DNA of 42,411 bases from Candidatus Eiseniibacteriota bacterium (lineage in GTDB: Bacteria > Joyebacterota > Joyebacteria > Joyebacterales > Joyebacteraceae). The stretch's first letter is position 1; each line of letters opens with the position of its first letter. The stretch spans positions 1-42,411 of the forward strand of contig DAOWCM010000002.1 of the NCBI GenBank assembly GCA_030639555.1. The letters are read 5' to 3'. Made by a program: the position numbers and the translations under genes. The notes beneath the pieces were generated by a model that saw only the letters and a program-made list of their open reading frames with translations, was not told the DNA's origin and did not search any database. This document shows positions 8,926-18,101 of the stretch, one piece after another.

Positions 8926-10246
8926 GACCCCTACGCGTGCGGAGGTGGTGGCCCGCATGCAGACGGACGTCTCTCGCGAGGTGCCCGGCTCTAATCCCCG
9001 GCTCCGTGGCTCGTGGATCTGGGGCGTCGTCGTGGGATGCGGCCGGCGCGTCTATGCGTTCTACTACTATCTGACGCGCGTCTCGCTGATGTTCTTCCCG
9101 GACACCGCAACCGGCGCGTGGGCTCGACGCTGGGGTGCCATCTGGGGGCAGACACTCAACGCAGCCACCCGGGCCACGGGTATAGTCGTCTTCAACGCCT
9201 CGAACTCTGAGTATCTGGCCGTCACCGACAATCAAGCGTCGACGAGCGATGGCAAGGTCTACCAGCAGTGGGGCGTTGCTGCGCGTACCGGGAACGTAAT
9301 GACCGTGACGATCACGAGCGTCGGCACACTCGCGACCGCCACGACTACGGCCGGCGACCACGGCCTCTCCTCGGACGTCTCGGTTCTGATTGCGAACGCA
9401 AATCAGGGTGCCTACAACGGCACGTTCACGATTACGGTCACCGCGGCCGACGAGTTTCAGTATACGATGGCGAGCGATCCGGTATCTCCGGCGACCGGTA
9501 CGATCACGGCAACGTGGGCAATTCTCACGTTTCCGTGCCGCTCGGTCCTGACCGGCGCCGATCAGAACCAAGTCGCCGATACTCAGCTCACGCTCGGCTC
9601 GCCCGTGCCCGATGTCGACAGCATAGGCCGCGTGACATTGGACGCCTTAGCCGGGGGAGCCGACCAGGAGACGGATCCAGCGCTCAAGGTTCGCTACCTG
9701 TTCGCGATCCGGAACCCGATCTCGCAGTTCAACGTCGCTGCGATCGTGTTGGCCGCGAAGTCCATTACGGGGGTTACACGCGTCTGGGTACGCGAGGCGA
9801 CGCCCGCAACCGGGCAAGTCACGGTCCACTTCATGCGCGATCTCGACGATGACAATGGGATCCCGACCGGCTCGGAGCTGACGGACGTCGATGGTGCAGT
9901 CCAGGCGATCCGCCCGGCCAACACCGACCCGACGGACGTGATCATCGCGGCGCCTGAGGCCGTACCGTCTGTCTACACGTTCGACGCGCTTTCGCCGAAT
10001 ACGGCGACCATGCAGGCGGCGATCGAGGCGAACCTCGAGCAGTTCTATCGCGAGGAGACAGAGGTGGACGACGGCGTCGTAGTCGAGGGCGATATCCCCG
10101 AGGAGGCGTACGTGGCGACCATCTACAACACAATCGACCCGGTGACGGGCGAGACCGTGCAGTCGTTCACGCTCTCGGCCCCGGCGGGAGATATTACGGT
10201 CACCGCCGGTAAGATCGGAACCCTCAGCACGGTGACGTTCCCGTGA
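8915..10246 (+). CDS. Baseplate J-like wedge protein (Mu gp47-like, 443 aa) carrying an inserted small beta-domain
   Basis: Called from synteny and size. The insert ...TTTAGDHGLSSDVSVLIANANQGAYNGTFTITVTAADEFQYTMASDP... (about nt 9300-9500) resembles the repeats in the 330..1436 gene. Confidence 0.75.
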   Translation: MAIETPTRAEVVARMQTDVSREVPGSNPRLRGSWIWGVVVGCGRRVYAFYYYLTRVSLMFFPDTATGAWARRWGAIWGQTLNAATRATGIVVFNASNSEYLAVTDNQASTSDGKVYQQWGVAARTGNVMTVTITSVGTLATATTTAGDHGLSSDVSVLIANANQGAYNGTFTITVTAADEFQYTMASDPVSPATGTITATWAILTFPCRSVLTGADQNQVADTQLTLGSPVPDVDSIGRVTLDALAGGADQETDPALKVRYLFAIRNPISQFNVAAIVLAAKSITGVTRVWVREATPATGQVTVHFMRDLDDDNGIPTGSELTDVDGAVQAIRPANTDPTDVIIAAPEAVPSVYTFDALSPNTATMQAAIEANLEQFYREETEVDDGVVVEGDIPEEAYVATIYNTIDPVTGETVQSFTLSAPAGDITVTAGKIGTLSTVTFP

Positions 10247-10866
10247 CGCGCCCGGTACGGACACACGACGAGCAGACGGCCGCGCTGGCGCGCTACATGC
10301 CGCTCGGGAAGATCTGGCGAGCATTCCGGGCTACCGGGACTACGAGCCGCGCGTTCATCGCGGGACTGGCCCTCGAGATGGTCCGTATCGACGAGACGAT
10401 CCGACGGCTCGAGGCCGAGGTATTGCCAGACCAGACCGAGGCGTACATCGCCGAGTGGGAACGGGCCGTCGGGATCCCGGATGAGTACGGGTGCCTCAAG
10501 GGCCTCGGAAGCGTCGCCAATCGTCGCCGCGACGTGCTGATCAAGCTCGCCTCGATGGGACTCCAGACCGCCGCCGACTTCGTAGCTCTCGCCAAGCAAT
10601 TCGGGATCGTCGTGTCGATTAAGGGCGGCGCCTACTACTCGACGACCCTGCTGGCAAACGAGCCGACGATCGTATTCGCAGACGATCGTACGGCGCGGCA
10701 TACGATCGTGGTCGAGTACGGCACCGACGAAGGGAACGTATTCCCGTTCGTCGATAGGTTCCCGATCCCATTCGGCAGTACTAATCTGGCGCTCTTGCAA
10801 TGCATCTTCGAGCGGACCAAGCCCGCCACGTGTGACGTCATCTTCCGCCGCAACGTGGGCGCGTAA
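10243..10866 (+). CDS. Mu gp48-like / DUF2313-type tail protein (207 aa)
   Basis: GTGA overlap with the upstream gene. YMPLGKIWRAF...LPDQTEAYIAEWERAVGIPDEYGC...RRRDVLIKL fits the gp48/YmfQ-type pattern. Confidence 0.75.
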   Translation: MTRPVRTHDEQTAALARYMPLGKIWRAFRATGTTSRAFIAGLALEMVRIDETIRRLEAEVLPDQTEAYIAEWERAVGIPDEYGCLKGLGSVANRRRDVLIKLASMGLQTAADFVALAKQFGIVVSIKGGAYYSTTLLANEPTIVFADDRTARHTIVVEYGTDEGNVFPFVDRFPIPFGSTNLALLQCIFERTKPATCDVIFRRNVGA

Positions 10867-10878
10867 GGAGGAACGACC

Positions 10879-12135
10879 ATGCTGGACCTCAACGACAAAG
10901 TAGACTCTGTAGACGAGCTCCCGGCGGAAGAGTGGAACAATCAAGAAAGCGAGATGCTCTATGTGATCACGGAGACCGGGCAGACGCCCGCGGCCTCGCC
11001 TCCCGATCCCGACCAGCACCAGCTCGGGAAGGCCATCGCAAACTACGTATCCCGGGCCGTGTACGGCACGGAATCCGGCTCGGATGGTACAGCGTACATC
11101 CTAACCCCGCCCGGCGCGTTCCAGAAGGCGACGGCCTACTGGCTAGGGATGATCGTCGTATTCAAGCCGAACTACTCGAACACGATCGGCAACCCGACGG
11201 TCAACTACAACAGCCTCGGCGCCAAGAATATCCGCCGCATGGAAGGCGGGTTCCTCCAGCCCGGGGACCTTCAGGCGGGCGTGTACCACCGGCTCATCTA
11301 CCAGGGCACGAACTTCCGGCTCCTCGATCCCCGGTTCCATTCGCAGCCGCGGGGCTACATCGATGGCTTTCTTCATTCGAGAGAATCCGCGATCAGCGTC
11401 AACGTCGCCAGCGGCGGGCGTTGCATGGCAAGCGACGGAACGGTGATGATGTATAACGAAGCGGAGATGACGAAGGAGATCGACGCCGCGTGGTCCGCGG
11501 GTGATGATGCTGGGGGCTATCCGTCGACGCTCGACCTCGGCGCAGGCGCGGGCGTCTTGATGCCGAATCTGTGGTACCGCTTCTTCGCGCTCTGGGAGGA
11601 TGACGACGGCGAGGATGTCGATTACGGCTGGGACTCGGTCGCAAACTCAGATGCGTCGGCGCTACTTGCCGATGCGACCGACTACAACCGCTACCGACAG
11701 ATCGGCTGGCACCGGACGGGCGGCGCTACGACTATCCGACACTATCACCAGGACCCGGACAACCCGAACTACATCCTGTGGGATGTGCCGGAGGCCGATC
11801 TCACGAATCAAGCGGCTACGGTCGGGAGTCGAGGTGTACGCACGATCACGGCACCTCCGTACTGTCGCGCCGACATCTCGGTTACTATGAGCGCTTCGGG
11901 TGCGACGTATCAATTCGTCGGACTGATTACGGCGATCGCGCAGACGGCGACGACCCCGGCGGGCGGTGCGCACAACATCAGTATCGCCCGTGATGATTCC
12001 GATCTCTCTGCCTCGGCCACGCGCCTCGTCGTCAACGTCGGCGCAAACTCGACGATTGGCGAGGAGTTCGACGCCGCTGGTGTTGCGATTTGGCTCAATA
12101 CACTCGGCTACTACTACAACCGAGGGAAGGCGTAG
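10879..12135 (+). CDS. Tail fiber protein (418 aa)
   Basis: Position after the baseplate block, with an AGGAGG RBS. The N-terminal ...AYILTPPGAFQKATAYWLGMIVVFKPNYSNTIGNPTVNYNSLGAKNIRR...GDLQAGVYHRLIYQGTNFRLLD resembles common fiber N-terminal domains. Confidence 0.6.
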   Translation: MLDLNDKVDSVDELPAEEWNNQESEMLYVITETGQTPAASPPDPDQHQLGKAIANYVSRAVYGTESGSDGTAYILTPPGAFQKATAYWLGMIVVFKPNYSNTIGNPTVNYNSLGAKNIRRMEGGFLQPGDLQAGVYHRLIYQGTNFRLLDPRFHSQPRGYIDGFLHSRESAISVNVASGGRCMASDGTVMMYNEAEMTKEIDAAWSAGDDAGGYPSTLDLGAGAGVLMPNLWYRFFALWEDDDGEDVDYGWDSVANSDASALLADATDYNRYRQIGWHRTGGATTIRHYHQDPDNPNYILWDVPEADLTNQAATVGSRGVRTITAPPYCRADISVTMSASGATYQFVGLITAIAQTATTPAGGAHNISIARDDSDLSASATRLVVNVGANSTIGEEFDAAGVAIWLNTLGYYYNRGKA

Positions 12136-12145
12136 GAGGCACTAG

Positions 12146-12688
12146 ATGGCCGCCGAGGAAGCGCTACTGACTGCGATCAAGGATTCTGCCACTCGTCAAG
12201 AGGCTGGCACCGATAAGATGCTGATCGCGGTCGGCGAGGTCTCGACGGATGTACGTGGACTGGCAACCGCGATCGCCAAAGGGTTCGCACAACAGCCATC
12301 ACAACAGCGCGCTAACGGCCCCGGAACGTGGCCCCTGCTCTTCGCGGTTGGCACTCTATTCGTCGCCATGCTCTCTCCGGTCTACATCATGGTCTCGGCC
12401 GTCTCCGAACAGGTCGACGCCATGGATGCTCGTATGATTCAGGATGACGTTCGCGAAATCGAAGACAAGGAGGACGCGGCGCGGCGGGGCGAGCGGTTTA
12501 CCGAGGTCGAGACACAATTCGATTGCTCTGGTGCTCGAATCACTCGAGAGCACGAGTTTCAGGATCAGCTGATCGAGTGGGGCCGTATGTGGCGGAACGA
12601 TCACGATCGCGATGCGTTGGTCCGTTCCCGCGCGGCGGTCGACGACCTACGTAGGCAGCTTCATGATCTGGAACACAGAGGGGAATAA
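12146..12688 (+). CDS. Hypothetical membrane protein (180 aa) with one central transmembrane segment
   Basis: AGGAGG RBS. The hydrophobic stretch WPLLFAVGTLFVAMLSPVYIMVSAV is flanked by charged helical regions. Confidence 0.5.
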   Translation: MAAEEALLTAIKDSATRQEAGTDKMLIAVGEVSTDVRGLATAIAKGFAQQPSQQRANGPGTWPLLFAVGTLFVAMLSPVYIMVSAVSEQVDAMDARMIQDDVREIEDKEDAARRGERFTEVETQFDCSGARITREHEFQDQLIEWGRMWRNDHDRDALVRSRAAVDDLRRQLHDLEHRGE

Positions 12689-12689
12689 C

Positions 12690-15600
12690 ATGTACGACGA
12701 CGGCAGACCTACGATTCCGATTGCCGTGATTGCGATCGCTGTGTACCTGATGCTGATGGTTTTGGCGGTAACCTCCGACGCGGTGCCCGACTGCACGGCG
12801 CCGAGCGTCGGAACGGTCGAGTTGGGCCCGGTCGACGAGTTCACGAGCGGCCTCTACGAGTGCGAGGAGGGAGGCGATCCGGCGAGTACAGATTGGATCG
12901 ACGTCCCGAATACCGTCACCGTCCGGCAGGTTCTCGACGTCGACTTCACGGCCGACGGCGCTGCGATTACCGTACGGTACGGCGGCGAGTACTGGATGGA
13001 TGTGCCAACCGACGGCGGCGGGAACGCGTTGAACCTGAAGTTCTGGGCCGGACAAGACGAAGAGCCAGCGGCCGAGGGGGACGTCGCTCTCTATACCGCC
13101 CCCGGCTCGAAGTTCTACGGGCTCGGCGGCTACCTGACCCGCTCTCTCGACCAGCCTCTCGTTCGCACATCCGTCTCCCATGCGCTCGGCAACGTTTGGA
13201 TCGCCGACGGCGTGGCCCCCTGCGGTACCGGCACGGACGACGAGGCCGGGTACATCGGAGGCAATACCGGGGGGTCGTGTGCGGCTGGTAACGAAGAGTA
13301 CAATTGGACGCTCGTCTACACGACGGAGAGGAACAACCCGGGGGCGGCGAACGAGGATACGACCTGGGATTTCCCGGCCGGCACCGATACGACGATCGTC
13401 TGTGCGGTGGCGGGCGGGACTCCGAACACTGCGAATTGTAACAACGTCGTCGGGGGCCTCACCGACGTCGGCTCTTATACGGCTGCCTCGAGCCCGTTCG
13501 GCACGTTCGACCAAGGCGGGAACGTCTGGGAATGGCTCGAGACGATCGACGACGCCAACCGATACACACGCGGCGGCTCGTACTCGGTACCCGCTGGGAA
13601 TGCAGACGAGGTCATCCGCAGCTCGGTTGTCGCCACCTCCGAGGCCGGCATCCGGGGGTTCCGCGTGGCGGCCCCGTACGGGACGGAGGATTACGTAGCG
13701 TGGACTCCGGTTGGCGCCCCGGCGATGTCGGAGAACCCATACGGGGAGGTCGACTACTCGTATCTGATCGGCACCTACGAAGTGACGAATACCGAGTACA
13801 CGGAGCTTCTGAACGCGGTGGCCGCCACCGATACGAACGTGCTCTACAACACCTCGATGGGCTCGGGCGAGGGCGGGATCGACCGTAGCGGGGCCCCCGG
13901 TAGCTACACGTACGCGGTGGCCGGAGGTGAAGGAGATCGCCCGGTCAACTTCGTCTCGTTCTGGGATGCCACGAGATTCGCCAATTGGCTGCACAACGAC
14001 AAGCCGTCGGGCGCGCAGAGTACGGCGACGACCGAGGACGGGGCCTATACACTCGCCGCCGGTTGCGACCTCGACAACACGTGCACGCGTAATGCCGCGG
14101 CGCTCGTCTGGGTCACCAGTGAGGACGAGTGGTATAAGGCGGCCTATTACGAGGCGGGCGACGATAACAACCTCGACGAGAGCCTCTCGGCCGTCGCGAC
14201 GGACTTCTTGGTCGTGTACCGCACGGGCGCCGAGGCGGGACATGCGTACGTCGTCTCGATCGTAGACCACGGGGCCGATCAGTTCGGTCTCACGCTCGAT
14301 ACCCGCCAGCTGGCACCGCTGTACACGAACGACAATGAGGCATTCCCGCTCACGTGGCGTGCGATCGTAGCCGGCTCGAGCTACAACCCCAGCACGTCGG
14401 GCGACGTGTGTGTGGAGTCGAACGAGGACCTGCTCGCTACGCTCGGACACGGCGGCTACGTGGGCGCGTACCTGCGCGGGTGCCCCACGATCGACGGCAC
14501 GGAGTGCGATACGAACGTGCGGAAGATATCGGCCTCGGTCGACGATACAGACTGCTCGGGCGGGGTAGCGACCGGCCGCGCCTCGTTCTGGTTCGAAGAG
14601 CCTCTCGCGGGAGACTATCCGGATAACTGGGATTTCACGATCGAGCCCCTCGGAGTCGAGCCCGGTGACGAGTTTCATCTACTGATCCCGGCGCGAATCT
14701 GGATCGCGAACGAGCGCGTCGATGGCGAAGGGAAGCTCGTATTCAAGGGCGACGTTACGCTGCGCGGCGTCCAGCTATGCGGGATGGGCGAGGTGTGGTT
14801 CGACGGGGCGAATGCGACGATCAGCGACACCCATACCTGCGCGTGTGGCATCGACGGTGCGCCGTGCATGAAGTTCCACAATATGCAGCGGATCGACATG
14901 GCCTCGTCGTCGTTCGTGGGCGGCCCGGAGCTAGAGGATAGCGGGCACGTTGAGATCCAGAACCTACTCGGCCGGGCTCATTTTCAGCGGGTCGTATCGC
15001 GTTACTACGGCGACGATGCGTGGAGCGTAACCGGCACAGCCTCGACCGGACGTGGGTACTTCTACGACATCACGTGCGAGCGGAAGGGGATCGGAGACGG
15101 CATCCGTACGATCGACTGCTTCGAGGTCGACGACGACGCATGGCTCGGCGGCTGGATCTATGATCTCTTCACCACAGACCCGATACAGCAGGAGGTCGGC
15201 CATATCCTGAAATCCGAGACGCACCCGCTGGTCGTGAACGGTCTCTTCATCTTCGGTCTTGCTGGCGTTCTCGGCGGCGGGGGCGAAGGCGGGGGGATTA
15301 CCCGCGAGGGTGTAGGCGATCAGGTCTACACGAGCAACGTATGGGGGCGCCGCGTATATTCCTTGCGGCTCTCGGCCGTGACGAACAGCTTCACCGGCTC
15401 GTATACCTCGGGGTGTGACTTCCGAGACAGCACGTTTGAAGTTGGCAACGGGGCCTCCTGGAACAGCGATGCGACGCCCGTAACCGTCGAGTACTGCTAT
15501 TTCGAGAACACCTCGATCGACGAAGAGAAGTTCATCCACGCCAACGACGCGACCGGGAGCGCGCGAGTGCGCGGGAACGTGTTCGCGAACACCACGACAA

Positions 15601-16169
15601 CGGCCACCGATGCGAATAGCTCGGTCATCATGATCGCGCTCGACGGGGACCCAGCGACTCAGGTCGAGGTTGTCGAGAACGCGATCGTCTGGGACGAGGG
15701 CGAGACCACGGGCTTCGACCATGGTATCGGCAGCGACGAGGGCGCACAGGACGACACGGTAATACTGGGCGGCAATCTCGTCGACGGTCTCGTGACTATC
15801 GACGCGGGCGTGACGGCTGCCCTCTTCGGGGTCCCGGCGCCGGTGCTGGTGTTCACGACCGTACCGGACGGGATGAACAATTGCGCGGGTCGGGGCGATG
15901 CCACGGATGGCGGGGCCACGTTCGAGAGGGTCGAGAACCACGGTGGCTACCCGGTGCGGCCGCTCATGATGGGGCCCATGCGCAGGGCCGATGCGGATGG
16001 GGGGCGGCAGGATGCGCCGCGGGATACTTGGAGCGATGAGTTGAACTGCGGCGCGCGTAGCGGGCACGGCGGGGCGGGGATCGGACCCGGGCACTCGTGG
16101 GGGTGGATGAAGGCGGGCCTCCCTGAGCCGAAACCGAGCTTCAAGGGAACGGCACGGCGGGGGCGCTAA
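12690..16169 (+). CDS. Giant membrane-anchored or exported protein (1159 aa) with FGE/SUMF1-like (C-type-lectin-fold) segments and a beta-helix-like C-terminal half
   Basis: The ATG at 12690 follows the upstream stop and a GAGGGGAA RBS. The N-terminus IPIAVIAIAVYLMLMVLAV is hydrophobic. FGE-like motifs are FGTFDQGGNVWEW...RGGSY, YLIGTYEVTNTEYTELL, RPVNFVSFWDATRFANWLHN, TTEDGAYTL and SEDEWYKAAYY. The later part has repetitive N/T/G-rich strands such as NVFANTTTTATDANSSVIMI. Confidence 0.7.
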   Translation: MYDDGRPTIPIAVIAIAVYLMLMVLAVTSDAVPDCTAPSVGTVELGPVDEFTSGLYECEEGGDPASTDWIDVPNTVTVRQVLDVDFTADGAAITVRYGGEYWMDVPTDGGGNALNLKFWAGQDEEPAAEGDVALYTAPGSKFYGLGGYLTRSLDQPLVRTSVSHALGNVWIADGVAPCGTGTDDEAGYIGGNTGGSCAAGNEEYNWTLVYTTERNNPGAANEDTTWDFPAGTDTTIVCAVAGGTPNTANCNNVVGGLTDVGSYTAASSPFGTFDQGGNVWEWLETIDDANRYTRGGSYSVPAGNADEVIRSSVVATSEAGIRGFRVAAPYGTEDYVAWTPVGAPAMSENPYGEVDYSYLIGTYEVTNTEYTELLNAVAATDTNVLYNTSMGSGEGGIDRSGAPGSYTYAVAGGEGDRPVNFVSFWDATRFANWLHNDKPSGAQSTATTEDGAYTLAAGCDLDNTCTRNAAALVWVTSEDEWYKAAYYEAGDDNNLDESLSAVATDFLVVYRTGAEAGHAYVVSIVDHGADQFGLTLDTRQLAPLYTNDNEAFPLTWRAIVAGSSYNPSTSGDVCVESNEDLLATLGHGGYVGAYLRGCPTIDGTECDTNVRKISASVDDTDCSGGVATGRASFWFEEPLAGDYPDNWDFTIEPLGVEPGDEFHLLIPARIWIANERVDGEGKLVFKGDVTLRGVQLCGMGEVWFDGANATISDTHTCACGIDGAPCMKFHNMQRIDMASSSFVGGPELEDSGHVEIQNLLGRAHFQRVVSRYYGDDAWSVTGTASTGRGYFYDITCERKGIGDGIRTIDCFEVDDDAWLGGWIYDLFTTDPIQQEVGHILKSETHPLVVNGLFIFGLAGVLGGGGEGGGITREGVGDQVYTSNVWGRRVYSLRLSAVTNSFTGSYTSGCDFRDSTFEVGNGASWNSDATPVTVEYCYFENTSIDEEKFIHANDATGSARVRGNVFANTTTTATDANSSVIMIALDGDPATQVEVVENAIVWDEGETTGFDHGIGSDEGAQDDTVILGGNLVDGLVTIDAGVTAALFGVPAPVLVFTTVPDGMNNCAGRGDATDGGATFERVENHGGYPVRPLMMGPMRRADADGGRQDAPRDTWSDELNCGARSGHGGAGIGPGHSWGWMKAGLPEPKPSFKGTARRGR

Positions 16170-17647
16170 TGGGCCGGCATACACAATGGGGGAACGACAC
16201 CGAACGCCAGATAATCGTGATGTGGAAACAGATCGCTGTGATGTGGACAATTATTGGAATCCTCATATTGGTCGGTCTTGCGAAGATCGCGTCAGGAGCC
16301 CCCGGAGAGTGCTTCATTGTTTCGCTCGGAGATCTCCAGAACGCGACGAAGTGCGACAACGCGTCCGGTGCAACTGATGCATGGGATGCTGCAGTCGACT
16401 GGATCATCGCAGCCGACCCCCCGCCAGCGCTGGTGTACGCAGGCGGCGACCTGGTTCACGGCAACGACTTTCATGGCGACGGTGCGGACTGTTACTGTCA
16501 GTCCAGGGTGCCGGATCCGCCAGAGGTGTGCGGCGACTTCACCAGCCCCTATCATGAAGCCGACTGGCCAGATCCGTACGATGACCCGCAGTCGTGCGTG
16601 GTGTGCAATACGGCCCGTGCAGTCGAATGCGAACTCGGCGTCGCCGGCATCTTCTGCGAGTACGAGCGGGCGCGCACCTGGTTCGAGCGCCTTGACGCTG
16701 ACGCTGACGCGTACCCCGTGATCTTTGGCGCCGGGAACCACGACATGAACGGGGCAGCCGGCTCGACAAATCAATGCTGGATGGATTGTGTCGACTTCAA
16801 CACGTATTTCGGCCCTGGCAAGGCGACCGTCAACGCGATCGATCTCAATACGATCACCCCCTCGATAGCGTGTGCCGGGGCCGCCGACGGCATCAGCTCC
16901 CAGTGCATGTCGCAGGCGCTCACGTTCGACTGCGGTGGGATCGCGATGCGGTGGATCGAGGTCGCCTTCAACTCGATCCAGGACGACTACGTGCCGGGTA
17001 CGCCCAGCGGCCAGATCCTCCCCTCCGTGCTCGAGTGGGCGCAGGCGGATCTCGTAGCACACGAGGGGAAGCCGACAATCCTCAGCTCCCACATGTGCAT
17101 TCGCGAGGACTGTACCGATCCGTACGCGGCCGACTACGACGGCTCGTGGTGTACGAACTCGGGTTCGTTCTCTGGCGGCTGGGTAGGGTTCGAGTTCTTC
17201 GACGTACTGGCCGTCAACCCGTGGGTTCTCGTCGCCGGCTGGTGTGGGCACATCCGCAACAACCACCACAAGATAACGACGGTCCCATCCGGTAAGCGTC
17301 AGCTGGGGACGGCCTACGATATGTCTTTCCAGCAGGGCGACGGCTTCGGCCCCAATAGTCCGCTCGTCTGGGCGGTAACCGCGAACGGAGGTGCTGGGAC
17401 GATCCAGGTCGTTCACATTGACGCCGTACGCGGTACGATCTCGAGCCGTGCGTACTCGCCGTACGCGAGGAGCCTCTACCTGGGGACGTCGAACTTCCGG
17501 TACAACGACATGCGCACGTCCCCGGCGATGGCGGTCGACTGGACCGAGTCGATCCCGATGTGCGAGGACCGCGGTCGGTTCACGATCCCGGAGGGCATCT
17601 GCACGGGGCAGGCGCCCGCCGATTGTAACTGCAAGAATCCACGATAG
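16169..17647 (+). CDS. Secreted Cys-rich metallophosphoesterase-like protein (492 aa)
   Basis: Start overlaps the upstream stop (TAATG). Signal-like WTIIGILILVGLAKIASGAP. Calcineurin-type motifs appear in order: GGDLVHGN, GAGNHD, SSH and GHIRNNHH. The first DxH motif appears degenerate (SLGDLQ). Confidence 0.5.
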   Translation: MGRHTQWGNDTERQIIVMWKQIAVMWTIIGILILVGLAKIASGAPGECFIVSLGDLQNATKCDNASGATDAWDAAVDWIIAADPPPALVYAGGDLVHGNDFHGDGADCYCQSRVPDPPEVCGDFTSPYHEADWPDPYDDPQSCVVCNTARAVECELGVAGIFCEYERARTWFERLDADADAYPVIFGAGNHDMNGAAGSTNQCWMDCVDFNTYFGPGKATVNAIDLNTITPSIACAGAADGISSQCMSQALTFDCGGIAMRWIEVAFNSIQDDYVPGTPSGQILPSVLEWAQADLVAHEGKPTILSSHMCIREDCTDPYAADYDGSWCTNSGSFSGGWVGFEFFDVLAVNPWVLVAGWCGHIRNNHHKITTVPSGKRQLGTAYDMSFQQGDGFGPNSPLVWAVTANGGAGTIQVVHIDAVRGTISSRAYSPYARSLYLGTSNFRYNDMRTSPAMAVDWTESIPMCEDRGRFTIPEGICTGQAPADCNCKNPR

Positions 17648-17658
17648 AGGAGCTGGCC

Positions 17659-17844
17659 ATGTTCGAACAGATTCTCGAGATCCTGAGTAACCCGGTGGTC
17701 TTTGTACCGCTCGGGTTGGCGCTGGTCGCCGGCATCGACCGCCTGGTACAGAAGACCGACGCCGAGTGGGATAACAAGGTCTGGTTCAAGTTCGTCCGCA
17801 AACCCCTTGCCGCGTGGCTCGGCAAGAAGAACCCGAAGCCGTGA
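17659..17844 (+). CDS. Candidate holin (61 aa, one transmembrane segment, basic C-terminus)
   Basis: GGAG RBS. VVFVPLGLALVAGI is followed by ...KPLAAWLGKKNPKP. It lies immediately upstream of the spanin-like ORFs. Confidence 0.35.
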   Translation: MFEQILEILSNPVVFVPLGLALVAGIDRLVQKTDAEWDNKVWFKFVRKPLAAWLGKKNPKP

Positions 17845-18101
17845 GCGCCGTCTATGTCGCTCTCGGGTGTATCTCAGCTGTCGCCCTCGTGGTTATTGGA
17901 CTACGAATGTCGCGGCGCGGAGGTGAGAAATATGGGGCAACCCGTGAACGAGCTGACTCGCTTGCCGAGAGTGCCGAGAGGAAGGCCCGCGCCGATCGGA
18001 TTCGAGCGGAGCCGATTCCGGATGATCCTGCTGATGCTTGGGGCCGTCATACTCGCCGCCGCCGTGTGGTCCGGGTGTCCGAAGAGCCCGAGGCCGATTG
18101 A
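17841..18101 (+). CDS. Candidate i-spanin (86 aa from GTG 17841, or 95 aa from ATG 17814)
   Basis: GTGA overlap with the holin candidate. An N-terminal transmembrane segment VYVALGCISAVALVVIGL is followed by a charged helical region ERADSLAESAERKARADRIRAE. Confidence 0.4.
   Translation: MSAVYVALGCISAVALVVIGLRMSRRGGEKYGATRERADSLAESAERKARADRIRAEPIPDDPADAWGRHTRRRRVVRVSEEPEAD

Noticed and set aside
13380-14170. Diversity-generating retroelement targeting the FGE/C-type-lectin-like domain
   Set aside because: This fold is the classic DGR variable-protein scaffold. However, I found no reverse transcriptase ORF anywhere in the closed genome and no second (template) copy of the GNVWEW...RGGSY-encoding segment.
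12540-14678. 712-aa ORF on the - strand, and similar long antisense ORFs at 14964..16250, 16292..17416, 369..1184, 2459..3241, 38852..39682 and 40354..41214
   Set aside because: These are Arg/Gly/Pro/Asp-rich, motif-free translations lying exactly opposite well-supported + strand genes. This is the typical stop-codon-poor shadow frame of a high-GC genome.
16691-16710. Short tandem hexamer (gacgct gacgct gacgcg)
   Set aside because: It has only three units, lies inside the metallophosphoesterase-like CDS and encodes DADADA. It is most likely ordinary low-complexity coding sequence.
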